Positions 35,006 to 44,124 of a stretch of 64,000 nt of DNA are shown one piece after another. A program made the translations under genes and the position numbers. The notes beneath the pieces were generated by a model, which made no database searches, was not told the origin of the DNA, and worked only from the letters and a program-made list of their open reading frames with translations. The DNA is taken from the NCBI GenBank assembly GCA_022641095.1, contig JALCDB010000005.1:3766-67765 (forward strand). The letters run 5' to 3'. Within the stretch, counting starts at the first letter, position 1, and each line of letters opens with the position of its first letter. This DNA is from Bacilli bacterium. GTDB lineage: Bacteria > Bacillota_I > Bacilli_A > RFN20 > CAG-826.

Positions 35006-36211
35006 ATGCAAACGCTGGAATTGAAAAAGGATTTCTATTATGTCGGGGTCATTGACCACGCTTTGAAGGTCTTTGACGTCGCCGTGAGAACCGACGAGGG
35101 AACTTCTTACAACTCGTATTTGCTCAAAACGTCGGAAGGTTTTGTCCTTTTCGATGGTAACAAAGAGGTCTTCGCCGACGAATACCTCGCCAACATCGAG
35201 GAAATCGCACCGCTTTCGGCTATCAGATACCTTTTTGTCGCCCACACGGAACCTGATCATTCCGGGGCTATCGAGGCGCTCTTGGAAAAGAACCCCGACA
35301 TCACGGTCGTGGCAAGCCGCCCCGCCCTCATGAATCTCGACAAAATCATTCGGAGGCCATTCAGGCGAATTCAGATGAATCCGGCCTCTCCCCTAAAGAT
35401 TGGCGGTTACACGTTTCGTTTTGTGAGCGGGCTTCTGCTCCATTGGCCGGACGTCATGTTCACTTATATTGAGGAACTGAGGACTCTTGTGAGTTGCGAC
35501 GCTTTCGGAGCCCACTTCGCGAGCGATGCCATCTTGCTTAGCAAGGAACCCGACAAAGAGCGTTACTACAAAGCCGTCGAGTATTATTTCGCGCACATAA
35601 TGGCGCCTTTCGCCAGTTACGTTAAGGCCGCGATCGAGCGCGTGAAGGCGCTTGAGATCGACATGATTTGCCCTGGCCACGGACCGGTCGTCGACACCGA
35701 TGTCGGAAAACAGATCGGGCTTTACGAGAAGTTCGCCGCCGAATATTTGCCCGTAAGCGATCCTAGGCACGTGAGCGTCGTCTATGCGAGCGCCTATGGT
35801 TACACGGAGAAGATGGCCCTATATCTTAAACGTCGTTTCGAGGGGGACGGATTCAAGGTTTCCTTTCATAAAATCGATGCCCTCAATTACGCGGAGACGA
35901 AACCCCTCATCTTGGAGGATATCCGAACTTCGGGGCTCGTGTTGCTTGGCTCGCCGACCCTCGTCGGGGACGCAATCGGTCTTTTCTACGATTTGCTGAC
36001 GTGCATCCCATGGACGGAAGGGCAGGGGAAAAAGGCCTCGGCCTTTGGCGATTATGGTTGGAGCGGGGAGGCGGTGGCCCATCTTTCCGAGCGGTTGAGG
36101 CAACTGCGTTTTCAGGTGATCGAAGGGTATCGCGCCTGCTTCAAGATGAGCGGTGACGACGAAAAAGCCCTGGCGGCCTATTTCGATCGCCTCGCTTCTG
36201 CAAAACAATAA
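35006..36211 (+). CDS. Flavodiiron protein (FprA-type: metallo-beta-lactamase fold + flavodoxin)
   Basis: Start MQTLELKKDFYYVG with GAGGGGGA upstream. Di-iron motif HTEPDHSG. C-terminal flavodoxin-like VSVVYASAYGYTE. Confidence 0.85.
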   Translation: MQTLELKKDFYYVGVIDHALKVFDVAVRTDEGTSYNSYLLKTSEGFVLFDGNKEVFADEYLANIEEIAPLSAIRYLFVAHTEPDHSGAIEALLEKNPDITVVASRPALMNLDKIIRRPFRRIQMNPASPLKIGGYTFRFVSGLLLHWPDVMFTYIEELRTLVSCDAFGAHFASDAILLSKEPDKERYYKAVEYYFAHIMAPFASYVKAAIERVKALEIDMICPGHGPVVDTDVGKQIGLYEKFAAEYLPVSDPRHVSVVYASAYGYTEKMALYLKRRFEGDGFKVSFHKIDALNYAETKPLILEDIRTSGLVLLGSPTLVGDAIGLFYDLLTCIPWTEGQGKKASAFGDYGWSGEAVAHLSERLRQLRFQVIEGYRACFKMSGDDEKALAAYFDRLASAKQ

Positions 36212-36266
36212 GGCCCTTGATGGGTTGCGCCTTCGCCGCGTCTATTGTTTCGAAACGCTTTTTCCT

Positions 36267-37451
36267 TTATTTGGCGAGGATGGGGACGATTTCGCGTTGC
36301 CTTCCCGCGACGACCACCGGGCGGCGGTCGTCGATGTAGACGTTCGTTTCGCTGCGGACCCCGAAATCGGGGGCATAGATGCCAGGCTCGAGGGAAAAGG
36401 AGATCCCGTCCACGATCTCGCGCCCGTCATGGGATTCGTAATCGTCCATGTTGACGCCGGGGCCGTGCGGGGAGACGTCCACCGCGATGTTGTGGCCGGT
36501 CCGATGGATGAAATAGCGCCCATAGGGGGTCTTGCCGATTTCGTCCCGGACCAAGCGGTCGACCTCCCAACCCTCGACGCGGCGAAGCGGGAGCTCTTTC
36601 TTTAAAAAGGCCAGCGCTTTGTCGATCGCGTCGCGCAAAATGGCGAAGCGGTCGCTCATCTCTTGCGGGATTTTGTCTCCGACGTAGCCCATCCAAGTGA
36701 TGTCGCTGTAGACGGCTTCCGGATCATCGAGTTTCGCCCACATGTCGATGAGGACCAAATCGCCCTTCCTGATGGGGCTATGGATTTTTTCTGTAGGGGC
36801 GTAATGCGGATTGGAGGCGTTGCGGTTGATGGCGACGATCGGGGGCTCGTCATAGACCATGCCGGCGGCGTGGTAGGCCTCGCTTATGAACCGCTGGATG
36901 GAGAATTCGTCGGTTCCGCCGTCTTTCTCGACGCGGCGGGCGATTTCCTTAAAGGCATCATCTTTGATTCTGAGCGCGATTTCGTCGGCTTTTATCTGCA
37001 ACTCGTGCGAGCGCGCCCCATAAACCGCGTTGATTCGCTGCAAAAGATCGGCGCTGGAGACGATTTCGCAACCTAGGGAACGGATGTATTCCACCGATCC
37101 GTAATCGGCTAATGAGACGCGCGGCAAGAGGCCCTTGTCCGAGACGTCCATCATGACGCGCTTATAGGATTTGAAGGCCTCCTCGAGAGAAAGCATCTCG
37201 CGCCAATCCTTATAGACCCGCAAGTCGAAGCGGTCGGTTATTTCCTTTTTGTTAAGGAAGACGGTGTCGATGGCGTGGCAGATAAGATAAGGCTTTCCTT
37301 TCAGCGGCACGACTAGGAAGATTTTTCTAGTGAGCATTAGACGGCCTAGAAAAGCCACCACGCTGGGATTGCGGTTTTCGTAATCGACGACGATCCAGGC
37401 ATCGGCTTGGCGCGCCTTAAGCGATTCTTTGATTTTGGCGAAGGAAATCAT
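36267..37451 (-). CDS. M24 family metallopeptidase (Xaa-Pro aminopeptidase/dipeptidase-like)
   Basis: 394 aa. DLVLIDMWA, HRTGHNIAVDVSPHG and FSLEPGIY metal-ligand motifs. Confidence 0.85.
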   Translation of the reverse strand: MISFAKIKESLKARQADAWIVVDYENRNPSVVAFLGRLMLTRKIFLVVPLKGKPYLICHAIDTVFLNKKEITDRFDLRVYKDWREMLSLEEAFKSYKRVMMDVSDKGLLPRVSLADYGSVEYIRSLGCEIVSSADLLQRINAVYGARSHELQIKADEIALRIKDDAFKEIARRVEKDGGTDEFSIQRFISEAYHAAGMVYDEPPIVAINRNASNPHYAPTEKIHSPIRKGDLVLIDMWAKLDDPEAVYSDITWMGYVGDKIPQEMSDRFAILRDAIDKALAFLKKELPLRRVEGWEVDRLVRDEIGKTPYGRYFIHRTGHNIAVDVSPHGPGVNMDDYESHDGREIVDGISFSLEPGIYAPDFGVRSETNVYIDDRRPVVVAGRQREIVPILAK

Positions 37452-37503
37452 TATTTCGCCTCCGAATGTATTTTACCATTTCGCAATGGTTTATCATTAG
37501 CGT

Positions 37504-39273
37504 ATGAACGCATTGACGACCGTTTATGGCGAGAAACTTAACCGCGACGCCCCGCTTGGCGAGCATCCCGACCCCCAATTTCGGCGCGAACGTTTTTTGA
37601 CGCTTAACGGGTTGTGGGATTTTTCCCTCGATCAGGAGAAAGGGCGTCCCGAGCGTTTCAATCGGAAAATCGTCGTTCCTTTTGCCGTCGAATCGTCTTT
37701 AAGCGGCCTTGGCTTATCCGTCCATAAGGGCGACTATTTGCATTACCGGCGCAAATTCCATTTGGATGATGGCTTCCTTTCGGGCTCCCTTTTGCTCCAT
37801 TTCGAGGCCGTTGACCAGATTTGCGACGTCTTCCTTAATGGCGAGCGCGTCCTTCATCACGAAGGGGGGTACCTTCCTTTTTCTTGCTTGATCGAGCGTC
37901 CGCAGCCCGAGAACGTCCTCGAGCTTACCGTTTCTGACGATACCGAGAGCCCCATCTATGCCCGAGGCAAGCAATCCCTTCGCAGCGGCGGCATTTGGTA
38001 TACCGCCACGAGCGGCGTTTGGCAATCGGTTTGGCTTGAGGGGGTCCCTAGAGGCGCCTATATCAAGGATTTCACGCTCACGCCTCATTTCGACGAAAGG
38101 AAACTGAATGTTCAGGCTTTCTTCGCCGGAGCGAAATCCGAAGGGGTCGTCGAAGCCTTCTTTCAAGGGCGTTTCCTCGCCCGGGGAACGTTTGGGGAAA
38201 CGGGGGCGGCCGAACTCGATTTCCGCGACTCCTTTTATCCGTGGACCGAGGGAAACCCCAACCTTTATGAGCTTCGCCTGTCTTATGGGGACGACTTGGT
38301 CCATTCCTATTTCGCGATGCGGAAGTTCAGCGTCGAAACCGTGGCGGGCGAGCGTTTCTTCGCCCTCAACGGCAAGCCGATGTTCTTATCGGCGCCTCTT
38401 GATCAGGGCTACTATCCCGACGGGGGCCTCACCCCTCCGAGCGAGAAAGCGATGGAAGACGATATCCTCTTGGCCAAGCGCTGCGGATACAACTGCATCC
38501 GCAAGCACATCAAGATCGAACCTCGTCGTTGGTACTGTCTTTGCGACCGGCTGGGCATGCTGGTTTTTCAGGATTTCGTCAGCGGAGGCTCGCCTTACCA
38601 CAACTTCTTTATCGTCACGAGGCCGATCGTCAAATACGAACTGAGTGACACGAGCCATCGTTTCCTCGGCCGTTTCCTCGCTAAGAGCCGCCTCCAATTC
38701 GAGAAGGATCTGACGGGCACTTACGAACGGCTCAAGAACGTTCCCTCGCTTTGCGCGTGGACGCTCTTCAACGAAGGCTGGGGCCAGTTCGATTCCCTTC
38801 GCCTCACGGAGAGGCTCCGTTCCCTTGACCCTTCTCGCCCGATCGATTCGGCCTCGGGTTGGTTCGACAAGAAAACAGGCGACTTCAAGTCCCATCACGT
38901 CTATTTCGTCGCCCCGCGTCTCAAAAACGATCACAAGCGGATCCTTTCCCTCTCCGAATGCGGCGGTTTTTCCCTTGGGGTCAAAGGCCATAAGTTCTCG
39001 AGGAAGAATTTCGGCTATGCCCAGTTCAAGGACAAAGCGCGGCTTTCCAAGGCGGTCAGAAAACTTTATGGCAAGCGCATCCTCCGCCTCATAAATCGAC
39101 GGGGCCTCGGCGAAGCGGTTTTCACCCAACTCACCGACGTCGAGAACGAAACCAACGGTATCGTGACTTACGATCGGAAAATCGAGAAAATCGACCCCTC
39201 ATTGCTCAACGAATTGAACCAAACCCTCTATAAAGCGTTCGACCGCCGTTTGGCGAAGCGGAGAAAGCCATGA
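37504..39273 (+). CDS. Glycoside hydrolase family 2 protein
   Basis: 589 aa. N-terminal sugar-binding beta-sandwich. TIM-barrel region with NCIRKHIK and WTLFNEGWGQ (acid/base NE). Confidence 0.75.
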   Translation: MNALTTVYGEKLNRDAPLGEHPDPQFRRERFLTLNGLWDFSLDQEKGRPERFNRKIVVPFAVESSLSGLGLSVHKGDYLHYRRKFHLDDGFLSGSLLLHFEAVDQICDVFLNGERVLHHEGGYLPFSCLIERPQPENVLELTVSDDTESPIYARGKQSLRSGGIWYTATSGVWQSVWLEGVPRGAYIKDFTLTPHFDERKLNVQAFFAGAKSEGVVEAFFQGRFLARGTFGETGAAELDFRDSFYPWTEGNPNLYELRLSYGDDLVHSYFAMRKFSVETVAGERFFALNGKPMFLSAPLDQGYYPDGGLTPPSEKAMEDDILLAKRCGYNCIRKHIKIEPRRWYCLCDRLGMLVFQDFVSGGSPYHNFFIVTRPIVKYELSDTSHRFLGRFLAKSRLQFEKDLTGTYERLKNVPSLCAWTLFNEGWGQFDSLRLTERLRSLDPSRPIDSASGWFDKKTGDFKSHHVYFVAPRLKNDHKRILSLSECGGFSLGVKGHKFSRKNFGYAQFKDKARLSKAVRKLYGKRILRLINRRGLGEAVFTQLTDVENETNGIVTYDRKIEKIDPSLLNELNQTLYKAFDRRLAKRRKP

Positions 39274-40049
39274 GCATCCGCATCGCTTTTTTCGATTTGG
39301 ATTGGACCCTTTACGACCACGGGAACCATCATTACGTGCCGTCGGGCCTAAAGGCAATCAAAAAAATGAAGAAACGAGGGGTCAAGGCCGTTTTGACGAC
39401 GGCCCGGCCGTTTGATTCCCTTAGGAAATTCGGGGCTTTGAATCTCGGTTTTGAATGGGATGGGTTCATCACTTGCTCGGGCGGGGCCTCTTTCGCGGAC
39501 GGGAAATACCTTCATAAGGCCCTCATCAGCGATTGCAATTGCCGGGCGTTTCTTTCCCAATGCCTCCAACTTGATTTGGCGGTCGAGCTCGTGGGGCCGG
39601 AGGAAAGGAAGCTTTTGACTCCCGAAAACCAGTTCACCGACGAATACTACAAGGCTTTCCGCGACGAAGTGTCTCCCCGCGGGGTTTACGAAGGAGATGA
39701 GGTCGTCTCGTTCCTCCTTTTCGCGCCGGAGCGATACGACGCCATCTTCGAAAAGGCGTTTCCGCAACTGAAGTTCATCCGTTTCTTCTCGTGCGCGGTC
39801 GACGTCATGCAGGACGCTCACGAAAAGGGGGTCGACATCGATCTCATGCTGAAGCACTTCGGTTACCATAAAGACGAGGCGATCGGCTTCGGGGACGACC
39901 TTCCCGACATCTCGATGGCCGAGCATGTGGGTCATTTCGTTTGCATGGGCAACGGCAAGAACGAGCTCAAAGCCGTGAGCGAATTCGTGACCGATCCAAT
40001 CGACAAAGACGGCTTGATCAAAGGCTTAAAGCACTACGGGTTGGCCTAG
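39270..40049 (+). CDS. Cof-type HAD-IIB family hydrolase
   Basis: IAFFDLDWTLY (DxD motif), LTTARP, and GDDLPDISM. ATGA overlap with the GH2 gene. Confidence 0.85.
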   Translation: MSIRIAFFDLDWTLYDHGNHHYVPSGLKAIKKMKKRGVKAVLTTARPFDSLRKFGALNLGFEWDGFITCSGGASFADGKYLHKALISDCNCRAFLSQCLQLDLAVELVGPEERKLLTPENQFTDEYYKAFRDEVSPRGVYEGDEVVSFLLFAPERYDAIFEKAFPQLKFIRFFSCAVDVMQDAHEKGVDIDLMLKHFGYHKDEAIGFGDDLPDISMAEHVGHFVCMGNGKNELKAVSEFVTDPIDKDGLIKGLKHYGLA

Positions 40050-40081
40050 TTGCGGAAGGCTACCTGCGGTTTCGCAATCGC

Positions 40082-40103
40082 CCCTTGCGTTACAAGGGTT
40101 TTT
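40082..40103 (+). terminator. Rho-independent terminator
   Basis: CCCTTG-cgtta-CAAGGG followed by TTTTT. Confidence 0.7.
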
Positions 40104-40137
40104 CTTTCCGCTACATTGATGGGGTGGAGGAAAACCC

Positions 40138-40293
40138 ATGAGCAGCAAAAACCTATTCAAGACCAACCGTTCGGACCGGGGCCTTGGCAAATACGCGCTT
40201 TCGCAGTTCGGACCCTATCCTTACGCGATGGTGGTTTACGAACCGGTGGATAGCCGAGACGATTCGTCGGATAATAAGGCATTGAATGATTGA
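40138..40293 (+). CDS. Unlisted small ORF (51 aa), first gene of the sORF-XRE-repeat operon
   Basis: MSSKNLFKTNRSDRGLGKYALSQFGPYPYAMVVYEPVDSRDDSSDNKALND. GGTGGAGG SD ends 7 nt before the ATG. The stop overlaps the next gene's ATG by 8 nt. Below the ORF-track length cut-off. Confidence 0.55.
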   Translation: MSSKNLFKTNRSDRGLGKYALSQFGPYPYAMVVYEPVDSRDDSSDNKALND

Positions 40294-40741
40294 CCTTGTT
40301 TCCGTTGGAAAAAAGATCGCTTCCTTGCGGAATGCGGGCGGCTATAGCCAAGAGGCCCTAGCGGGCCGCCTCTACGTCTCAAGACAGGCCGTTTCGGCTT
40401 GGGAGCTTGGCAAAAGTGCCCCGACGATCGACAACGTCATCGAACTGTCCGCTCTCTTTGGCGTCAGTTTCGAGGAAATCCTTTGCTTGAACGAGGAGCC
40501 CATAGTTCTCCCTCGCGACGACCCTTTCGCGGGGCGGGACCGTTCCTACGTTATCCGCGGGGTCGCCGAGAAGAAAATCCATGCCGACCTTCCTTCGCTG
40601 TTCCCTTTTTGCACGATCGAGGAAAGGATGCGTCTGCTCCGCGCCGCCAAGAAGGGGGCGCTCCCCATAAGCGAGCGTCTCCGCTCCGTCCTCACGATCG
40701 AGGAAACGAATTACCTATTTGAAGGAGGTGGCAGAAAATGA
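40286..40741 (+). CDS. XRE-family HTH transcriptional regulator
   Basis: YSQEALAGRLYVSRQAVSAWELGKSAPTIDNVIELSALFGVSFEEIL. C-terminal ~80 aa not recognised. Confidence 0.85.
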   Translation: MIDLVSVGKKIASLRNAGGYSQEALAGRLYVSRQAVSAWELGKSAPTIDNVIELSALFGVSFEEILCLNEEPIVLPRDDPFAGRDRSYVIRGVAEKKIHADLPSLFPFCTIEERMRLLRAAKKGALPISERLRSVLTIEETNYLFEGGGRK

Positions 40742-41430
40742 ACATCAGAAAACTGATACCGCTGCTCGATGAGGACGATCTTAACGAGTTGGCCAAGAAA
40801 GTCGCCCAAGCTCCCGACGGCGTTTACGAAGGGATCTCGATGAAGAACCTTCTGCCGTTTATGGACGAGGACGAACTCGGGAAACGGATGCTCGACGAGG
40901 CGAAAGCCGGCCGCGACATTTCCCAATACGGCCCTTTCGTGGACGAAGACGCCTTCGACTCGGTGCTCGATCTTCTTGAGAGTGGTCAGATAGTCAAGGG
41001 GCTTGCCCGATCCGTGCAGTTCATGGAGGACGAGCAAGTGGGGCGCCTTATGCGCCTCACGCTCAAGAACGGCGGCTCCCTCGACGGGATCGACGCCCGA
41101 TCGATTCTGCCGTTTATGGACGAGGACGATGTCGATCGCATGTTCGAAGATCTTGAAACGAACGGCGGCGAGGGGCTTGGCCTTTCCCTAAGCGACTTGC
41201 TGCCGTTCGTAAGCGACGAGAAAATCGACGAGGCATTCCTCTTTTACGCCCGCAAGGGCGATCCGAGGGCCAAGAAGTTGGCCAAATACGCCGATGACGA
41301 CGCCTTCCATAAACTAGCCCAGGAGTTTATTGGCGGCAAATTGGCAAACCTTAACATCGAAGACTACTATCCATTTATGGACGAAGATGACATCAAGGCC
41401 ATTTTCCGCGATTATCTTCATCGTCATTGA
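40738..41430 (+). CDS. Acidic tandem-repeat protein (about 8 x ~30 aa LPFMDEDD units), unknown function
   Basis: 230 aa with units IPLLDEDDL, LLPFMDEDEL, GPFVDEDAF, VQFMEDEQV, ILPFMDEDDV, LLPFVSDEKI, YADDDAF and YYPFMDEDDI. ATGA overlap with the XRE gene. Confidence 0.75.
   Translation: MNIRKLIPLLDEDDLNELAKKVAQAPDGVYEGISMKNLLPFMDEDELGKRMLDEAKAGRDISQYGPFVDEDAFDSVLDLLESGQIVKGLARSVQFMEDEQVGRLMRLTLKNGGSLDGIDARSILPFMDEDDVDRMFEDLETNGGEGLGLSLSDLLPFVSDEKIDEAFLFYARKGDPRAKKLAKYADDDAFHKLAQEFIGGKLANLNIEDYYPFMDEDDIKAIFRDYLHRH
40850..40874 (+). repeat. 25-nt exact intragenic repeat (copy 1; copy 2 at 41105-41129)
   Basis: TTCTGCCGTTTATGGACGAGGACGA occurs identically at both positions. Confidence 0.9.
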
Positions 41431-41447
41431 TTTCGCGAAAAGCAAAT

Positions 41448-41470
41448 AGACCCTAAACGGGGTCTTTTAT
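41448..41470 (+). terminator. Rho-independent terminator
   Basis: AGACCC-taaacg-GGGTCT followed by TTTT. Confidence 0.6.
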
Positions 41471-41498
41471 TGTCGTTGGGCTCGAGTGCGTGTAATAT
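41470..41498 (+). promoter_or_regulatory. Putative promoter of the polyamine operon
   Basis: TTGTCG (41470-41475), 17-nt spacer, TAATAT (41493-41498). ATG 41512 follows 13 nt later with no SD. Confidence 0.45.
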
Positions 41499-41511
41499 GT
41501 TTCTACGAAAT

Positions 41512-44124
41512 ATGCCAAAAGCGGACCAAAAGCTCACTCCCTTCGTTGATGCGCTTAAAGATTACACTAGCGAAGACGTGGTTCCCTTCGATGTTCCCGG
41601 TCATCATATGGGCAATATCGATAATGCCGCGACGGCCCTTTTCGGGCATGAGGTTTATCGTTGCGACGTGAATGCCCCGATTGGAATGGACAATCTCGCC
41701 AAACCCACGGGCGTCATCCTCAAATCCGAGAGGTTGCTAGCCAAAGCCTGCGGAGCCGATGAGGGATTCTTCCTCATCAACGGCACTTCGAGCGGCATCA
41801 TCGCGATGATCATCACCGCCGTGAAGGCCAACGAAAAGATATTGCTTCCCCGCAACGTCCATAAGTCGATTGTCAACGCCCTCATCCTTTCGGGCGCCAT
41901 TCCGGTGTATGTGATGCCGGAAATCGATAACGATCTTGAAATCGCCAACCAGCCTTCGCTCCAAGATTGGAAAAAAGCCATTCTCCGGAACCCTTCGGCT
42001 AAGGCGGTTTTCGTTATCAATCCGACCTATTTTGGATCGGTCGGCCCTTTGCAGGATATCGTCGCCTTCGCCCACGAGCGTCATATGGCGGTCCTCTGCG
42101 ACGAGGCTCATGGAGCCCATTATTATTTCAAAAACAAACACTGCCCCCTTTCGGCCATGGCCGCCGGGGCCGATATGAGCGCCGCCTCGTTCCATAAGAC
42201 GGTCGGCTCCCTCACCCAAAGCTCCGTCCTTCTTATGCATACGGGTTTGTTCACCCGGGCTGACGTCCAAAAGAGCCTCAACATCATCAACACTACCTCG
42301 CCCTCTCCGATCCTTATCGCTTCCCTCGACGCCGCACGCAGTTTCATGGCAAGCCCAGAAGGAACGAAGGCGATGGGTCGGACTTACGATTTAGCGGCCT
42401 ATGCCCGCAAGGAGATCGACAAGATCCCGGGCTTCATCAACGAGGGAAAGACCCACTTTCTGGCCCATGGCTCTTATGACTATGACGAAAGCAAGCTCGT
42501 CATTGGGCTCGATCACCTCGACATCGACGGCTTTCAGCTTTATCACCTCCTTAAGGAGAAATACCTGATCCAGATGGAACTCGCCGAGACGTATGCCATC
42601 CTTGCCATCCTTGCCATCGGGACCAAAAAGGAGCACATCGATCGCTTGGTTTCCGCCTTGAGGGAAATCAGCCAGGCCCACTATCACGCCGACCTCGCTT
42701 ACGCCGACCACCATTTTGACAATTCCTTTCCGTATATGCTCATTCGTCCCCGCGCCGCCTTCCATGCCCCGGGCAAAGTCGTTCCTCTTAATGCGTGCGA
42801 CGGGGCCATCTCCAAAGAGCAGATCATGATCTATCCGCCTGGTATCCCTATCATCGTTCCGGGCGAGGTTTGGACCAAAGAGCTCGTCAGCCGGGTTAAG
42901 CATTACGCCTCGAACGGCGTCACGATCCTTTCCTCTTATCATAACGGCTGCGAAGTCGTCGACACGGAACGTTGGAAACGGTTCCCGGTCTATGAGAAGA
43001 AACTCAAGGATTATTACGAGAACCGAAAGACCACCCCAAGCGCGGATGGCTATCATGTGCCTTTCGAAGGTTTGGCCCATCAGGCCACGTTCGTCCTCAT
43101 CCCTTTCCGAGCCGACACTTGGCGGCAGAAAGCCATCCCGGCCCAAGAAGCTTTCCTCGATGTCATTAAGGCCATCGCGGCGCACGAGAAAGTGTTGGTC
43201 GGCGTCCATCCGGCCCTGTATAAGCGCCTTGCCCCGGTTTACGAGGCCATCCCCAACGTCTCCGCCCTTTCGATCCGTTACAACGATTCGTGGGCTCGCG
43301 ACAGCATGCCTTTATTCGTCACCAACGGCAAGAGCATTCGCGCGGTTGACTTCCGCTTCAACGCCTGGGGCGGCGAATTCGATGGGCTTTACCGCAACTA
43401 CCGCGACGACGACAAGATATCGACCATCGTCGCCAAGCGGCTCAAGATGCTCGATTATCGCCTTCCGAATTTCGTTCTTGAGGGCGGCAGCGTCGCCGTC
43501 GATGGGCAAGGAACCCTCATAACGACCGAAGCCTGTTTGCTTTCCAAAGGCCGCAATCCCACGATGTCCAAAACGGAAATCGAGGAGGTTTTGCGGGATT
43601 ATTTGGGCGTCGAGAAGGTCATTTGGGTGCCGCACGGGATCTATGGCGACGAGACCGACGAACACATCGACAACATGGTCGCTTTCGCCCGCCCGGGCGT
43701 TGTCGTTTTGGCTTGGACGGAAGACAAAAACGATCCTCAATACGAATATTGCCAAAGCACCTATGCCGCACTCAAAGAGGCGACGGACGCCAAAGGGCAC
43801 AAGTTGCGGATCCATAAGATCCTCGTTCCTTCGCCCGCCCTCTGCATGAGCGCCGAGGAGTGCCGCGGCCTTATCAATAACGCCTCCACGAGGGATCGGC
43901 GCAAGGAAGGGCGCCGCCTCGCGGCCTCTTACGTCAACTTCTATCAAGGCGCCGATTTCGTTATCTTGCCGCAATTCGGCGTCCCTGAGGATAAAATGGC
44001 CCTTCGGGAAATGAGAAAGCTCTTTCCCACGAAGACGATTCACCCCATCGATACCCGCGAGATCCTTCTTGGGGGTGGCAACATCCACTGCATAACCATG
44101 CAGCTTCCCTGCAAGGAGGAATGA
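41512..44124 (+). CDS. Fusion protein: Orn/Lys/Arg decarboxylase (SpeA-like, PLP fold I) + agmatine deiminase (AguA)
   Basis: N-terminal half has VPGHHMG and SFHKTVGSLTQSS (PLP lysine). C-terminal half from ~43030 has YNDSWARDSMP, EGGSVAVDGQGTL and GGGNIHCITMQ (catalytic Cys). Start uncertain (TTG 41470, ATG 41497 or ATG 41512). Confidence 0.85.
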   Translation: MPKADQKLTPFVDALKDYTSEDVVPFDVPGHHMGNIDNAATALFGHEVYRCDVNAPIGMDNLAKPTGVILKSERLLAKACGADEGFFLINGTSSGIIAMIITAVKANEKILLPRNVHKSIVNALILSGAIPVYVMPEIDNDLEIANQPSLQDWKKAILRNPSAKAVFVINPTYFGSVGPLQDIVAFAHERHMAVLCDEAHGAHYYFKNKHCPLSAMAAGADMSAASFHKTVGSLTQSSVLLMHTGLFTRADVQKSLNIINTTSPSPILIASLDAARSFMASPEGTKAMGRTYDLAAYARKEIDKIPGFINEGKTHFLAHGSYDYDESKLVIGLDHLDIDGFQLYHLLKEKYLIQMELAETYAILAILAIGTKKEHIDRLVSALREISQAHYHADLAYADHHFDNSFPYMLIRPRAAFHAPGKVVPLNACDGAISKEQIMIYPPGIPIIVPGEVWTKELVSRVKHYASNGVTILSSYHNGCEVVDTERWKRFPVYEKKLKDYYENRKTTPSADGYHVPFEGLAHQATFVLIPFRADTWRQKAIPAQEAFLDVIKAIAAHEKVLVGVHPALYKRLAPVYEAIPNVSALSIRYNDSWARDSMPLFVTNGKSIRAVDFRFNAWGGEFDGLYRNYRDDDKISTIVAKRLKMLDYRLPNFVLEGGSVAVDGQGTLITTEACLLSKGRNPTMSKTEIEEVLRDYLGVEKVIWVPHGIYGDETDEHIDNMVAFARPGVVVLAWTEDKNDPQYEYCQSTYAALKEATDAKGHKLRIHKILVPSPALCMSAEECRGLINNASTRDRRKEGRRLAASYVNFYQGADFVILPQFGVPEDKMALREMRKLFPTKTIHPIDTREILLGGGNIHCITMQLPCKEE

